From positions 117,530 through 181,529 of the forward strand of contig CAZWKL010000001.1 of assembly GCA_964633875.1 (NCBI GenBank): DNA of 64,000 bases, given 5' to 3'. Source of the DNA: an uncultured Pseudomonadales bacterium (lineage in GTDB: Bacteria > Patescibacteriota > Microgenomatia > UBA1400 > PJMF01). The translations under genes were made by a program, and so were the position numbers. Each line of letters opens with the position of its first letter. The first letter of the stretch is position 1. Below the pieces are notes generated by a model. It did not search any database. It saw only the letters and a program-made list of their open reading frames with translations, and was not told where the DNA came from. Positions 18,722-28,471 of the stretch are shown piece by piece.

Positions 18722-19864
18722 ATGTTTGAAGCATTAGTAATCATTATTTTAGTGGTAGGCTTGGTTGGTTTGTACTTGGCGATGAAGCAGTTGATGCAAA
18801 ATCAAAAACACGACCAACTGGAAGAAATAGTTGATAAAGTTTTTGGTATGAGCGCCACTAAAGTAGCTGAGCAAAGCAAGCAAATTTTAGCTGGCGAAAA
18901 AGAAACGATCAAAACTGACCTCGACAACAAGCAAAAAGCTTTCGAAAAACTGGTGACTCAGTTTCAGGAAGAAGTTCGTGAGCGGCAACGGGAGATCAGG
19001 GACCTGGAAAAAGATCGAAGCAAAAAGTTCTCAGAACTCAACACCGCCATGGAAGAGCACCGCAAACTTACCGATGAACTTTCAATTTCCACCAGACAGC
19101 TGGCCAAAGTACTGTCCAATAACCAACAGCGCGGCGGTTGGGGAGAGCGAATTATTGAAGACCTCTTGACTTCCAATGGCTTGATTGAAGGTGTTCATTA
19201 TTCGAGGCAGACGACACTAAAGTCTGGTTTGCGCCCAGACATCAGTCTGCTTTTACCAAATAACCGCACAGTACCAGTCGACGTCAAGTTTCCTTACCAA
19301 GAAATTCAGAAAATGTCAGTTGCCGAAGGTAAATCACAGCAAAACAGTCATTTTAACCAATTCCGCCGCGACCTGAAAACCAAAATCAACAAAGTGGCTG
19401 AGTATATTGACTCGGAGTCGAAAACCCTCGACTATGCCATCATGTTTGTGCCAAATGAGATGGTTTTTTCCTATATCAACCAAAAATGTCCTGACCTGAT
19501 AGACGAAGCCATGAGCAAGCGGGTGATGATCGTTTCACCGTTTACCTTTTTGATTGTGGCCAGGACAGTGCTGGAGAGTTATCGCAATTTTATGATTGGC
19601 GACACTCTTAAAGAAATAGTGAGCTATGTCGATGAGTTTGCTGGTGAGTGGGTCAAATTTGTAGAAAAGTTTGAAAAGTATGGCCGTTCTATCGACCGCT
19701 TGCAGAGTGACTATCAGGAAATTAGCAGCACCAGGGTGAGGCAGATGGAGAGGCGGATTGGCAAGATAAATTCATATCGAGAAGGCAGTTTGTTGCCCGG
19801 AAACGTGGTTGAGGGTAAGGTCAAGCAGCTAGATGGTGGTTTGTTTACAGAAGAAGAAGATTAA
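18722..19864 (+). CDS. rmuC: DNA recombination protein RmuC
   Basis: N-terminal TM helix plus coiled coil. Conserved RmuC C-terminal region including the AIMFVPNE motif. Confidence 0.85.
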   Translation: MFEALVIIILVVGLVGLYLAMKQLMQNQKHDQLEEIVDKVFGMSATKVAEQSKQILAGEKETIKTDLDNKQKAFEKLVTQFQEEVRERQREIRDLEKDRSKKFSELNTAMEEHRKLTDELSISTRQLAKVLSNNQQRGGWGERIIEDLLTSNGLIEGVHYSRQTTLKSGLRPDISLLLPNNRTVPVDVKFPYQEIQKMSVAEGKSQQNSHFNQFRRDLKTKINKVAEYIDSESKTLDYAIMFVPNEMVFSYINQKCPDLIDEAMSKRVMIVSPFTFLIVARTVLESYRNFMIGDTLKEIVSYVDEFAGEWVKFVEKFEKYGRSIDRLQSDYQEISSTRVRQMERRIGKINSYREGSLLPGNVVEGKVKQLDGGLFTEEED

Positions 19865-19868
19865 CGAT

Positions 19869-21062
19869 TTAAAGCTCCTGCTCAAAGAAAACTAAGTCTC
19901 TTTGTACAGCCGTACTCCAATTTGGTACCAAGTTATGGTCAGCTCCCGGGTATTTGAAGTATTGATAAACAATTGGTTCTAAAAGGTTGCTGGTTTCGCT
20001 GGCGGCAATTTCGTTTTGAATCTCAGCGACCTTGGCTTCGTTGGTGGCCACCACTTCATTTTCCAACTCCTCCCGCAGTTCGTTCAGCCGCTCTTGCAAC
20101 CTTGCTCGCCTGGAATTTTCTTTATCAACTTTGGCAAAAAACTCATCGCTCCAAACCGACAGCGCGGCTGTATCGGCAGTGCCATGATGTAACTGAAGCG
20201 GTCCAGTCAGGAGCGGCAGATGCTGGGTGAGAGAGAAATCAAAGACGTCATACTTGGCTTCAAGGTTGGCCACGTATTTTCTAAAATCTTTGCCCTCGTC
20301 GGCGTCTTCGTCGCTGAAAAATAACACCGAGTAGGGAAATGGTGCTACCACCGGCGCCCAAAGAGTGGCGGGGTAAGATTGGTTGGTAATTTCCAACGCT
20401 GTAAGAGCAATCTGGCCGCCATTGCTGTGGGCCCAAATACCGATGTGACTGGGGGTATATTTAGTGGTGGCTTCAGGCGTTAGCGGCACGCCCAACTCCT
20501 CAAGACTGCGAATTAATTCAATGACCACCATCGGTTTTTCAAATCGAGCCAGCCAAGAGTCAGCCGGCTCCGGCTCACTATCGCCATAGCCAAAGAAATC
20601 CGGCGCCAGAGTAATATAGCCGTTTTCCGCGAAGGCCGCCGCCGCATTTTTAGTGCCCATGCCGGTGTAGTAGGAAGCCAACGGCGCCCAGCCCCTAACC
20701 ATCACAATAGCTTGTGGATTGACGGGTAGTTCTTTGGGAATGTTTAACTGCCCCGACATCTTTCTGCCTAGTGGACTGTAAGAAAATTGATACGCGGTGT
20801 AGGTGGGATAGTCTTGAATAACGTCTTCTATAGTAATGTCACGAGCGGTAAAATCATATGAGCGCAAATTTTGAATAGTGTAGGGCAGGTAAGGAAGAGT
20901 TTCCTCCGGCTGAATTAACTCAGCTAAGGGGTTCTTCAGGTTGACTGGAGAATTGTCGCCGCGCAAGAAAGGCCCTGCAAAAACGCCAGCAGCAAAGATA
21001 AAAAGAATGGCTAGAAGGCCGAAAACAGTTCTTTTAATCATGAGCTCCAATCTTAAGGCCAA
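19869..21062 (-). CDS. Secreted/membrane-anchored alpha/beta hydrolase (esterase/peptidase-like) with C-terminal coiled coil
   Basis: Signal anchor and a GxSxG nucleophile elbow (WAHSNGG). Dienelactone-hydrolase/S9-like spacing. Confidence 0.55.
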   Translation of the reverse strand: MALRLELMIKRTVFGLLAILFIFAAGVFAGPFLRGDNSPVNLKNPLAELIQPEETLPYLPYTIQNLRSYDFTARDITIEDVIQDYPTYTAYQFSYSPLGRKMSGQLNIPKELPVNPQAIVMVRGWAPLASYYTGMGTKNAAAAFAENGYITLAPDFFGYGDSEPEPADSWLARFEKPMVVIELIRSLEELGVPLTPEATTKYTPSHIGIWAHSNGGQIALTALEITNQSYPATLWAPVVAPFPYSVLFFSDEDADEGKDFRKYVANLEAKYDVFDFSLTQHLPLLTGPLQLHHGTADTAALSVWSDEFFAKVDKENSRRARLQERLNELREELENEVVATNEAKVAEIQNEIAASETSNLLEPIVYQYFKYPGADHNLVPNWSTAVQRDLVFFEQEL

Positions 21063-21100
21063 GCGCTTGTAAAATCAACCGCAAACACTAACTCCGGCAA

Positions 21101-21352
21101 CTATTTTTCAATCTGGTAGCCGGTTTTTTCTATGGTTTTTCGAATGGTGGCCTCATCAATCACCTTTGGATCATAAATAACTTTGGTGCTGGCCTTGGCG
21201 TAACTGGTAGTCGCCTCCACTACCCCCTCTAAGTCTTCCAGTTCGCCGTCAATATTGAGACCGCAACTAACGCAGTGCATACCGCTAATTTTCAACTCAA
21301 TCAGTTGAGTTTCCGCCTCAGCTTTAGCTTTTCTCTGCAAAATATTAAACAT
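21101..21352 (-). CDS. copZ: Copper chaperone CopZ (heavy-metal-associated domain)
   Basis: GMHCVSCGLNI MxCxxC HMA motif, 83 aa. Confidence 0.8.
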   Translation of the reverse strand: MFNILQRKAKAEAETQLIELKISGMHCVSCGLNIDGELEDLEGVVEATTSYAKASTKVIYDPKVIDEATIRKTIEKTGYQIEK

Positions 21353-21360
21353 TTCTCTCC

Positions 21361-22434
21361 TTAAATTACTTCCAAAGTACCTGAATACATACCCATCGAG
21401 CAGGTATAAGTGTACTGGCCCTTTTGAGTGGGCGTAAAATTAAACACTTGCCTGTCTGTGGAATCCAAAAAGGTTCTAATACCAAACTCGCGCAGCACAA
21501 AGGAAAGGGCGCAGGAATATGCCTCATTGCTTTCCAGAGTAAGTTCTACGGGAGTTCCGGCCGCCACCTGGATGTAGTTGGGGCTGTAGCCGTTGTTGAG
21601 GACATTAATTTTGACCTTTTGAATACCGTTGATGGCCAGGGTTGAAGCGTTTGGTTTGGTTTTTTCGTTTGAGAAGAAGGAAGTCACTGGCCTCGCTATT
21701 TTTTGCAGAGTCACCGGTGAGCCGGCAACCAGCAAAATGCCGTTAAGACTGTAAATGGCCATAGCAATCAAAGCATAAGCGGCGACTTTTGAGAAAATTT
21801 TGTTCCATGTTTCTGAAAGTTTAGCTGTCAAGACTCCGATCAAAGTAAAAAGAGGACTGGTGCCAAGAACAAAAGCAAACATGATCAAAGCTCCATGCAC
21901 AGGGTTGCCGCTGTTAATGGCCAGCACTTCCATGGCCTGAGTGACACCGCAAGGAATAAAAATAGTCATGAATCCCAAAACCGCCGGTGCGAACAAAGCC
22001 TTGCTCTTGCTGGTATTGCGAATGTAGCGCTGCAAAAACTTGGGCGGTTTGAAAGCCAGAACCCGAAAAACCGGGTGAACATCGAGCAAGTTCATGGCTG
22101 TTGCAAACATGAAGAGAGCGGCAAAAACCTGAAAAGCGGCGCTGACTTCCAGGCTCAGCGAAACAACTGAGCCCAACGCGCCCAGCAAAAAGCCCAGCAG
22201 AGTATGAGACACCAGTTTGGCGCCCATAAACATTAGTACCGGCAGCCAGTCTAGCTCATCAAACGATTTCCAACTCAATTTTTTCTTGGATTTTTGCGAT
22301 TTTTCAGTTTTAGCGTCGTCAATTTCCGCTTCTTTTTGATTGGCGATGGCGCTGGTGAGCAAGCCTCCCTGCACGGCCAAGCATGACAGCCCGCCTGTAG
22401 TCAGTCCGGTAAGAAAGATAACAAATAAGTCCAT
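21361..22434 (-). CDS. Integral membrane permease (DsbD_2/TauE-like, Cys-containing TM1) fused to a C-terminal cupredoxin-like domain
   Basis: N-terminal GGLSCLAVQGG TM motif and about 6 TM helices. The C-terminal ~90 aa show a beta-rich YTYTCSMGMYSGTLEV cupredoxin-like pattern. Lies between copA and copZ. Confidence 0.5.
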   Translation of the reverse strand: MDLFVIFLTGLTTGGLSCLAVQGGLLTSAIANQKEAEIDDAKTEKSQKSKKKLSWKSFDELDWLPVLMFMGAKLVSHTLLGFLLGALGSVVSLSLEVSAAFQVFAALFMFATAMNLLDVHPVFRVLAFKPPKFLQRYIRNTSKSKALFAPAVLGFMTIFIPCGVTQAMEVLAINSGNPVHGALIMFAFVLGTSPLFTLIGVLTAKLSETWNKIFSKVAAYALIAMAIYSLNGILLVAGSPVTLQKIARPVTSFFSNEKTKPNASTLAINGIQKVKINVLNNGYSPNYIQVAAGTPVELTLESNEAYSCALSFVLREFGIRTFLDSTDRQVFNFTPTQKGQYTYTCSMGMYSGTLEVI

Positions 22435-22448
22435 AGGTAGCCTCCAAT

Positions 22449-24671
22449 TTATATTTTAACTGTTTTTAATCTTAAAGCATTCATCACTACTGACACGCTC
22501 GAGAAAGCCATAGCCGCGCCGGCCAGGATGGGGTTCAAAACAAGGCCAAAAAACGGGAAAAGCCCGCCCATGGCCACGGGAATCAGGGTGAGGTTATAGG
22601 CAAAGGCCCAAAACAGGTTTTGTTTGATGTTGCGCATGGTGGCTTTAGAAAGTTTGAGGGCGGCGGGGACCAGGCTAATATCACTCCTCAGTAGAGTAAT
22701 GCCGGCGGACTCTATGGCCACGTCTGTGCCGCCGCCCATAGCGATACCAACATCGGCTGTGGCCAAAGCTGGCGCGTCGTTGATGCCATCCCCAACCATC
22801 GCCACCACGCCATATTTTTCTCTAAGTTCTCTAACGATTCTTTCTTTGTCAGCAGGCATGACTTCGGCTTCGACCTTATCTATACCCACTGTCTTGGCAA
22901 TCGCTGTGGCGGTTTCGTAGTTGTCGCCGGTGACCATGACCGGAGTAATGCCCAGTTGCTTGAGAGCAGTGATTGTTTTTTTAGCCTGAGGTTTGACGGT
23001 ATCAGCAATACTCATCACTCCAGCCAATTGAGAGTTGGCGGCAATCAAAGCCAGCGAGTGCCCGAGCTCTTTCCAGGCTTGAATAGCAACCTTGACTTCA
23101 TCGGGAATTTTAATTTTATTTTCTTGCATTAACCGTTCATTACCAATTAACAGCGCCAGCTTGCCAACCTGAGCGCTCACGCCTTTGCCGGGAATATCCC
23201 GAAAAGCTTTCACCTTAATTTTTTGAGCCGAAATTTTTTCATTTTTCAAAAAAGTGACGACGGATTCAGCCAACGGATGATGCGACTGTTCTTCTACCGC
23301 CAAAACTGCAGCCTGCAGCGCACTGGTAGCTTCTTGAGCAAACCAAGTGTTTTGCACCGCTGGTTTGCCTTCAGTGATGGTGCCGGTTTTGTCAAAAACT
23401 ACCACTTTTACCTTGTTAGCCACCTCCAACGCCTGGGCGTCTTTGATCAAGATACCTCTTTGCGCGCCTTCACCAATACCCACCATTAAAGATGTTGGCG
23501 TGGCCAGACCCAAAGCGCAAGGGCAGGCAATAATTAGCACGTTAATCATACTTACCAGCCCAAACAAATAACTAGGTTCCGGGCCAAAAATCAGCCAAAT
23601 TATGAAAGTCACCGCCGCCAAGAAAATCACCACCGGCACAAAGTGAGCGGCAATGGTATCAACCAGTTTTTGGATCGGCGGGCGGCTGCCTTGCGCTGTT
23701 TTCACCAGCCGAATAATATTGGCCAGCATGGTGTCGCTGCCGATTTTTTCAGCCTTAATTTCCAGACTACCAGAGGTATTGAGAGTGGCGCCGATAACTT
23801 TGCTGCCCTTGATTTTCGTAACAGGCAGACTTTCGCCAGTAACCATGCTTTCATTGACGGCGCTTTGACTGGCAATCACCGCGCCGTCCACCGGAATTTT
23901 CTCCCCCGGTTTGACCAGCAGAATATCACCGACCTTAACTTGCTCAATAGAAACCTGCTGCCACTGGCCGTTAACTTTCAGGTGAGCCTGGGTAGGCTGG
24001 AGGTTTAAAAGTTTCTTGATAGCTGCCGAAGTCTGGCCTTTGGCTCGGATTTCCAGAAATTTTCCCAGCAGGATGAAAAAAATGATTGCTCCCGCCGCCT
24101 CAAAATAAATATGCGGCTCTATGCCTTGGGTTTCCAGCCAGTTGCCAAAAAGAACTACAAACAGCGAATAAAAGTAGGCGGCTGAAGTACCCAGTGCCAC
24201 CAGGGTATCCATGTTGGCGGTCCGGTTTTGCAGCGCAGACCAAGCGCTCTGGTAAAACCGCCGGCCTGCCCAGAACTGAACTGGTGTGGCCAGCGCCAGT
24301 TGCAGCCAGGGATTCATCAGCACCATCGGCGCCAACGGCAACATCCCCGACACCAAAAGCGCGGCCAGAATACCGGTAACGACCAGTTTAATTTTCAAGC
24401 TGGCAATTTCTTTGCTTCTTTCAGCTTCAGCCACATCTTCGGCGCCTTCAGTATGAAGATGAGCCTGGTATCCCAGAGAGCTCACCGCCTCCTCAATTTT
24501 TTCGGTTGCAGTATTTTGGTTTGCCAGCTCGACCGTAGCTTGCTCATTGGCATAGTTAACGCTGGCGGCTTTCACCCCCTCAGTTTTTTGCAGCTTTCTT
24601 TGAATATTGACCGCGCAGCTGGCACAGTGCATACCTGAAATATGGAAGGTGAGAGTTTTATTTGTTGACAT
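22449..24671 (-). CDS. copA: Copper-translocating P1B-type ATPase
   Basis: N-terminal HMA domain GMHCASC, TM CPC motif, DKTGTIT phosphorylation site and GDGINDAP hinge. The start was moved to the internal ATG at 24671 (MSTNK...) because the track ORF extends into the upstream regulator gene. Confidence 0.9.
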   Translation of the reverse strand: MSTNKTLTFHISGMHCASCAVNIQRKLQKTEGVKAASVNYANEQATVELANQNTATEKIEEAVSSLGYQAHLHTEGAEDVAEAERSKEIASLKIKLVVTGILAALLVSGMLPLAPMVLMNPWLQLALATPVQFWAGRRFYQSAWSALQNRTANMDTLVALGTSAAYFYSLFVVLFGNWLETQGIEPHIYFEAAGAIIFFILLGKFLEIRAKGQTSAAIKKLLNLQPTQAHLKVNGQWQQVSIEQVKVGDILLVKPGEKIPVDGAVIASQSAVNESMVTGESLPVTKIKGSKVIGATLNTSGSLEIKAEKIGSDTMLANIIRLVKTAQGSRPPIQKLVDTIAAHFVPVVIFLAAVTFIIWLIFGPEPSYLFGLVSMINVLIIACPCALGLATPTSLMVGIGEGAQRGILIKDAQALEVANKVKVVVFDKTGTITEGKPAVQNTWFAQEATSALQAAVLAVEEQSHHPLAESVVTFLKNEKISAQKIKVKAFRDIPGKGVSAQVGKLALLIGNERLMQENKIKIPDEVKVAIQAWKELGHSLALIAANSQLAGVMSIADTVKPQAKKTITALKQLGITPVMVTGDNYETATAIAKTVGIDKVEAEVMPADKERIVRELREKYGVVAMVGDGINDAPALATADVGIAMGGGTDVAIESAGITLLRSDISLVPAALKLSKATMRNIKQNLFWAFAYNLTLIPVAMGGLFPFFGLVLNPILAGAAMAFSSVSVVMNALRLKTVKI

Positions 24672-25143
24672 ATTGATTGGGGTTTTTCTCAAATTGTTTG
24701 ATACAGCCGCTGGCACAAAAGTAATAATGTTCTCCCTGGTGAAGAGTGTGGTAACCGGCGGTTTTGGGCGAGACCCGCATTTGACAGACCGGATCATGAA
24801 CTAACGGCACCAGCTCGTTCATGGAAAATTTCAGTTGTTTAAGAAAATTGCTGTCCTGGTTGGCTTCGATCAGAATTTCCCGCACCAGGTCACAAGCTTT
24901 AATAAAATTGGGATGGGCCAGGGAGTAATAAACCTGCTTGCCGTTTTTCTCGGTTTGAACGATTTTAGCTTCTCTCAGGATCATCAGGTGTTGGCTGACA
25001 TTAGCCTGGGGTAGATCCAGCATCGAGTAAATTTCCGAAACAGTCAATTTTTGCTCGCGCAGCAGGTGAATGATCTCCAGTCGCCTGGGATGAGACATGG
25101 CTTTCAGCATTTCAGCGTGGAGGGCAAATATTTTTGAGTACAT
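24658..25143 (-). CDS. ArsR/SmtB-family metalloregulator fused to a C-terminal YHS/TRASH-type metal-binding domain
   Basis: HTH region [11 protein letters not shown]...ANVSQHL (ArsR fold). C-terminal DPVCQMRV...YYFCASGC matches YHS/TRASH Cys pattern. First gene of the copper operon. Confidence 0.75.
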   Translation of the reverse strand: MYSKIFALHAEMLKAMSHPRRLEIIHLLREQKLTVSEIYSMLDLPQANVSQHLMILREAKIVQTEKNGKQVYYSLAHPNFIKACDLVREILIEANQDSNFLKQLKFSMNELVPLVHDPVCQMRVSPKTAGYHTLHQGEHYYFCASGCIKQFEKNPNQYVNK

Positions 25144-25161
25144 ATTCGATTATTCGAATAT
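25142..25161. promoter_or_regulatory. Perfect 8-4-8 inverted repeat (ATATTCGA-ttat-TCGAATAT) abutting the regulator start codon; candidate ArsR-type operator
   Basis: Seen directly in sequence. The palindrome overlaps the ATG of the ArsR-YHS gene by 2 nt. ArsR/SmtB operators are typically imperfect 12-2-12 palindromes near their own promoters. Confidence 0.35.
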
Positions 25162-25215
25162 ATATGATGGGATTGGATCGGGCAAGGACCAAAGGATCAA
25201 TGAGGGATAGGCAGA

Positions 25216-25785
25216 TTAAAACCTGTGTTTTGGAGTGGGGATGTTGAGTTGACGAGAGTTTATTTGCCTGGATTGCGCCGCTACTGCTGAATCATAGTGA
25301 TTACTCGAACGAGGAAGAGCGCCTCCACCCCTTCCTGCCGGCAGTTGATCCGGCAGACCTGAGCCTGTGCAAACAGTTTCTCCTGGCACGATTTTGTTTA
25401 ACTGACGATTATATTTGGGTGCACCAGTACGACTTGGGTCTTGTGTGCCTAAGACGTTGTAAACAGTCACCAAGGCGCTAAGAGCTTCTGAATCAGAATA
25501 ACCCATTTCTCTTAGGATTTTTAAAACTGTGTCGCCGGGATTAACTTCGTGACAAAATCCGCCCATGAGCTCTGGCGGTATGGGAGTATTTAGAAGGTCA
25601 TTCAGATCACTTGGATCACTTGGATCACTGGGCGGGTTGGGAGGAGGTGTGAAATCAAGAGTGTTGATCCTGGTAGAGTTTCTGTTAGCATTCAAATAAA
25701 GTATAGCCAGTGCCACAATGATAAGAAGTGTGGTGCATCCCACAAACCTTATTTCATCACTTCCGGGTCTTTCAAATCTTGGCAT
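25216..25785 (-). CDS. Membrane-anchored protein with (PSD)n linker and LysM-like C-terminal region
   Basis: N-terminal TM helix, PPPNPPSDPSDPSD low-complexity linker, and a segment (VNPGDTVLKIL...YNVLG...IVPGETV) with LysM-like spacing. Weak. Confidence 0.35.
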   Translation of the reverse strand: MPRFERPGSDEIRFVGCTTLLIIVALAILYLNANRNSTRINTLDFTPPPNPPSDPSDPSDLNDLLNTPIPPELMGGFCHEVNPGDTVLKILREMGYSDSEALSALVTVYNVLGTQDPSRTGAPKYNRQLNKIVPGETVCTGSGLPDQLPAGRGGGALPRSSNHYDSAVAAQSRQINSRQLNIPTPKHRF

Positions 25786-25989
25786 AAGTACGGTATTTTA
25801 ACACATTTACTTGTTTTGTCGGTATTTGCGTTTTTGTTCTTTATAAAACCGGTCGTTATGTTGGCCTTGAAACATTTCCACAGGATACTTCTTTTCGTTT
25901 TTAAGCATCTTGTCGTGAATGGCAGCTTCAAGGATGAGGGTTTTAAGGGTCGGCATTTGGTTTCTTTCTGTGAGGCGTGGTAGCGATTC

Positions 25990-26601
25990 CTACTTCCAAC
26001 TGGCAAATTTGTTTTGATATTTTCGCTTTACTAAATCCCAACAGGCCACAGTCACTGACGCGTTAATTTGATTTTTCTCAATCAGAGCTTCGATTTCAGC
26101 AAAATTATAAACCATAACTTCGATATCTTCGTTTTCGTCTAAGTGTTGTTGAGAATTAAAAATGGCGTTTTCAACCAGATAGCAATAAACTTTCTCTGTT
26201 GCCTTGGTTGTGAGGCCCGAAAATACTCCCAAATATTCAAGAGAGTTAGTCTGGATGCCGGTTTCTTCTGCCAATTCATGCAAAGCCGTTTCTTCAATAT
26301 TTTTGTGATTATTTTCTAGTCTTCCGGCTGGAAATTCCAAAATCACGTCATCGTATCCAGGCTTATATTGCTTCACTAGAACAATTTTTTCATCCGGTGT
26401 GACAGGGACCATCATAGCCACGTCGGCCAAGGTTGTAATAGTAAAGTCATCAACTATTTTTCCGTTAGGGAGCTTGTAGCTGCGCAGTTCAATGGGAAAC
26501 CATTTGCTAGGCGAGACATCTTTTTTTGACAGCAATTGCCACTTTTTTATTTTCATAAGTAGAAGTATAGATGTCGAAGGAGCTAGGGGCAAGTTATTCA
26601 C
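25990..26601 (-). CDS. NUDIX hydrolase (ADP-ribose pyrophosphatase-like)
   Basis: Nudix box GRLENNHKNIEETALHELAEETGI. The start may be the internal MKIKKW. Confidence 0.75.
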   Translation of the reverse strand: MNNLPLAPSTSILLLMKIKKWQLLSKKDVSPSKWFPIELRSYKLPNGKIVDDFTITTLADVAMMVPVTPDEKIVLVKQYKPGYDDVILEFPAGRLENNHKNIEETALHELAEETGIQTNSLEYLGVFSGLTTKATEKVYCYLVENAIFNSQQHLDENEDIEVMVYNFAEIEALIEKNQINASVTVACWDLVKRKYQNKFASWK

Positions 26602-26651
26602 ACAGGTGAGGCTCTGCTGGTTTCAGCCTCCTTTGAAACATTTTCGAACAC

Positions 26652-27116
26652 CTAGGCCATCTCTGCATCGCTTTTATCTTGCTGCCAGCCATATTCTGAA
26701 TAAGGAATTTCCTTGATAACGGCAGTGATAGCTTTGCGGATAGCACCAATTGTATTGGAGGGCAGTTTGTTTGCTTCAAACCATTTGAGCTCGCTACATT
26801 TATTTGGTTCTTTGTTGGTGATTTTGCCGCCCCATTTTTTAGCTAGAAAGTAAACGTCTACCCGCTCTGATTTGTCCAGGTCGGACTTGCGATGCATCAC
26901 GTGGACGACTTTCAGATAGTCCGGCTTCAGAGAAATACCGGCTTCTTCTTTGGCTTCCCGAATAATGGCATCGGTAAAAGTTTCGCCCGCCTCAACATGA
27001 CCGGCAATTAAGCCGTAATCACCATCGTGGTAACCGGTGTTCAATCTTTTCAGCAGCAGCACTTTTTTGCCTCTCATTAGTATCAAAAATGAGGCCACAA
27101 TGTTTTTGTGTTTCAT
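26652..27116 (-). CDS. NUDIX hydrolase (MutT-like)
   Basis: Nudix box GHVEAGETFTDAIIREAKEEAGI, 154 aa. Confidence 0.8.
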   Translation of the reverse strand: MKHKNIVASFLILMRGKKVLLLKRLNTGYHDGDYGLIAGHVEAGETFTDAIIREAKEEAGISLKPDYLKVVHVMHRKSDLDKSERVDVYFLAKKWGGKITNKEPNKCSELKWFEANKLPSNTIGAIRKAITAVIKEIPYSEYGWQQDKSDAEMA

Positions 27117-27118
27117 AA

Positions 27119-27820
27119 TTACAGCATTTTGGTTGCGATACCTTTTGTTTTATCAACGCCCTCAACTTCATCAATAAAAAAGTCTATGCCGTCACATCTG
27201 ATTTTCACATAGCCGGAATTTTTGAAAGTGCCCGGCGTTAGTTCGCCATGAGCAGCGAAACCCAGACGAGTAAGCAGGGTTCTTAAGTTGCCACCATGAG
27301 TGACCACCAAAACAGTTTTATTGGCGTAACCAACGGAAATTTCTCTCAGTGCCGTAATAAAACGGACAACTAATTCCTCATCACTCTCGTAACCCTCATT
27401 GAACTTAAACCGCCATCGTTCTTTTTCAGTTAGCTGCTCGTATTGATCCAACAGATGTCGGATGGCCTTTCCGTAGTCTTTACCAAAAGCGCCGTCATAT
27501 TTGCCAAAAGTACGTTCTCTGAGAGCTTGGTGAGTAGTTACGACAAGCCGGCGGTTGAGCTTGAGTATTTCCGCGGTTTGGGTGGCTCTTGATAAATCGG
27601 AAGAAAAAATAGCATCAAATTCAATATCCTTGAGTTTTTCCGCTTGTTTTTGACTTTCTAGGATACCTTTTGCTGTTAGTTTTGAATCAAGTTGACCCTG
27701 GATACGATGAAGCGCGTTCCACTCTGTTTCGCCATGTCGAACTAGGTAAAGTGAGCAGTAGAAATTGTTTTTGTTTTTAGTCACGGTTTGGTGCTGTGAG
27801 CCATACGGGTCTGTAACCAA
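27119..27820 (-). CDS. Histidine phosphatase family protein (phosphoglycerate-mutase-like)
   Basis: Catalytic LVRHGETEWN motif and a conserved C-terminal His (TVLVVTHGG). Confidence 0.8.
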   Translation of the reverse strand: MVTDPYGSQHQTVTKNKNNFYCSLYLVRHGETEWNALHRIQGQLDSKLTAKGILESQKQAEKLKDIEFDAIFSSDLSRATQTAEILKLNRRLVVTTHQALRERTFGKYDGAFGKDYGKAIRHLLDQYEQLTEKERWRFKFNEGYESDEELVVRFITALREISVGYANKTVLVVTHGGNLRTLLTRLGFAAHGELTPGTFKNSGYVKIRCDGIDFFIDEVEGVDKTKGIATKML

Positions 27821-27835
27821 GATATTCTTGATTAA

Positions 27836-28279
27836 CTAACGGCTTTTTAACAGGATAACAATAAAGAATATACTACTTAAAACATATATTAGGGCCATCA
27901 CTCCATAATTCAATTGAATTTCAAAAATTATCGAAGCAATCACACCGAGATTAAATAGTAGCGCCACACTGGAACTAACTTGCGACTCTGATCCTCGGCC
28001 GGGAATTTGCTCAGTACCAATAAGCTTAGTAACTCCGTAGTTATAGATGTAATCAAAGGGATGCATGGGCAGTATGACACCAAAAAGTGCAATCAGTGCA
28101 GTTATAGATAATATATATGGATTTGCCAGAAATATACCGAGGGCTACCACCGATATGTATAACGGGTAACTGAAACGAATGCCGTATTGAGCACTTTTTC
28201 TTCCTGATGTTACTTTACAAGCAAACCACCCTGTCATCAATTGATTTCTTACTGTTTTTAATGTTTTCTTGATCGTCAT
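27836..28279 (-). CDS. Hypothetical membrane protein (4 TM)
   Basis: Hydrophobic ORF. The track start (28303) overlaps tRNA-Glu, so the start was moved to the ATG at 28279 (MTIKK). Confidence 0.4.
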   Translation of the reverse strand: MTIKKTLKTVRNQLMTGWFACKVTSGRKSAQYGIRFSYPLYISVVALGIFLANPYILSITALIALFGVILPMHPFDYIYNYGVTKLIGTEQIPGRGSESQVSSSVALLFNLGVIASIIFEIQLNYGVMALIYVLSSIFFIVILLKSR

Positions 28280-28294
28280 AATTCTTGATTTTTG

Positions 28295-28367
28295 TGACCC
28301 CACCCGGATTCGAACCGGGGCTACCAGGATGAGAACCTGGCGTCCTAGGCCTCTAGACGATGGGGCC
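28295..28367 (-). tRNA. tRNA-Glu (anticodon CTC)
   Basis: Manual fold on the minus strand with tRNA-Glu-like architecture: GGCCCCA-TC-GTCT-AGAGGCCTA-GGAC-G-CCAGG-TTCTCAT-CCTGG-TAGC-CCCGG-TTCGAAT-CCGGG-TGGGGTC-A. Anticodon CUC. No CCA is encoded. Confidence 0.8.
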
Positions 28368-28471
28368 GATCATTAAAAGCATTTTTAAGTTATTAGATTG
28401 TTTTAAGAAGCTAAATTATATCAAGAAGCGGACCTGTTGAGCAAGTATCAGCCCATGTTATACTGAATAAG

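Noticed and set aside
18964-19176. 70-aa minus and 63-aa plus ORFs inside rmuC
   Set aside because: Nested within the RmuC coiled-coil region, and Ser/Arg-rich, typical of alternative frames of charged coiled-coil genes.
23643-24008. Several 70-136-aa plus-strand ORFs inside copA (e.g. 23643..24008, 24228..24638)
   Set aside because: All are antisense to the P-type ATPase, which carries its full motif set. Arg/Gln-rich translations typical of a GC-skewed antisense frame.
22449-24797. Full-length 782-aa copA ORF starting at 24797
   Set aside because: The first 42 codons overlap the upstream ArsR-YHS gene and lack any HMA features. The HMA domain starts right after the internal Met at 24671.
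25749-26006. 85-aa minus ORF in the LysM/NUDIX intergenic region
   Set aside because: Lys/Cys-rich low-complexity translation that overlaps the NUDIX N-terminus. A shorter 49-aa ORF in another frame exists, but there is no evidence to call either.
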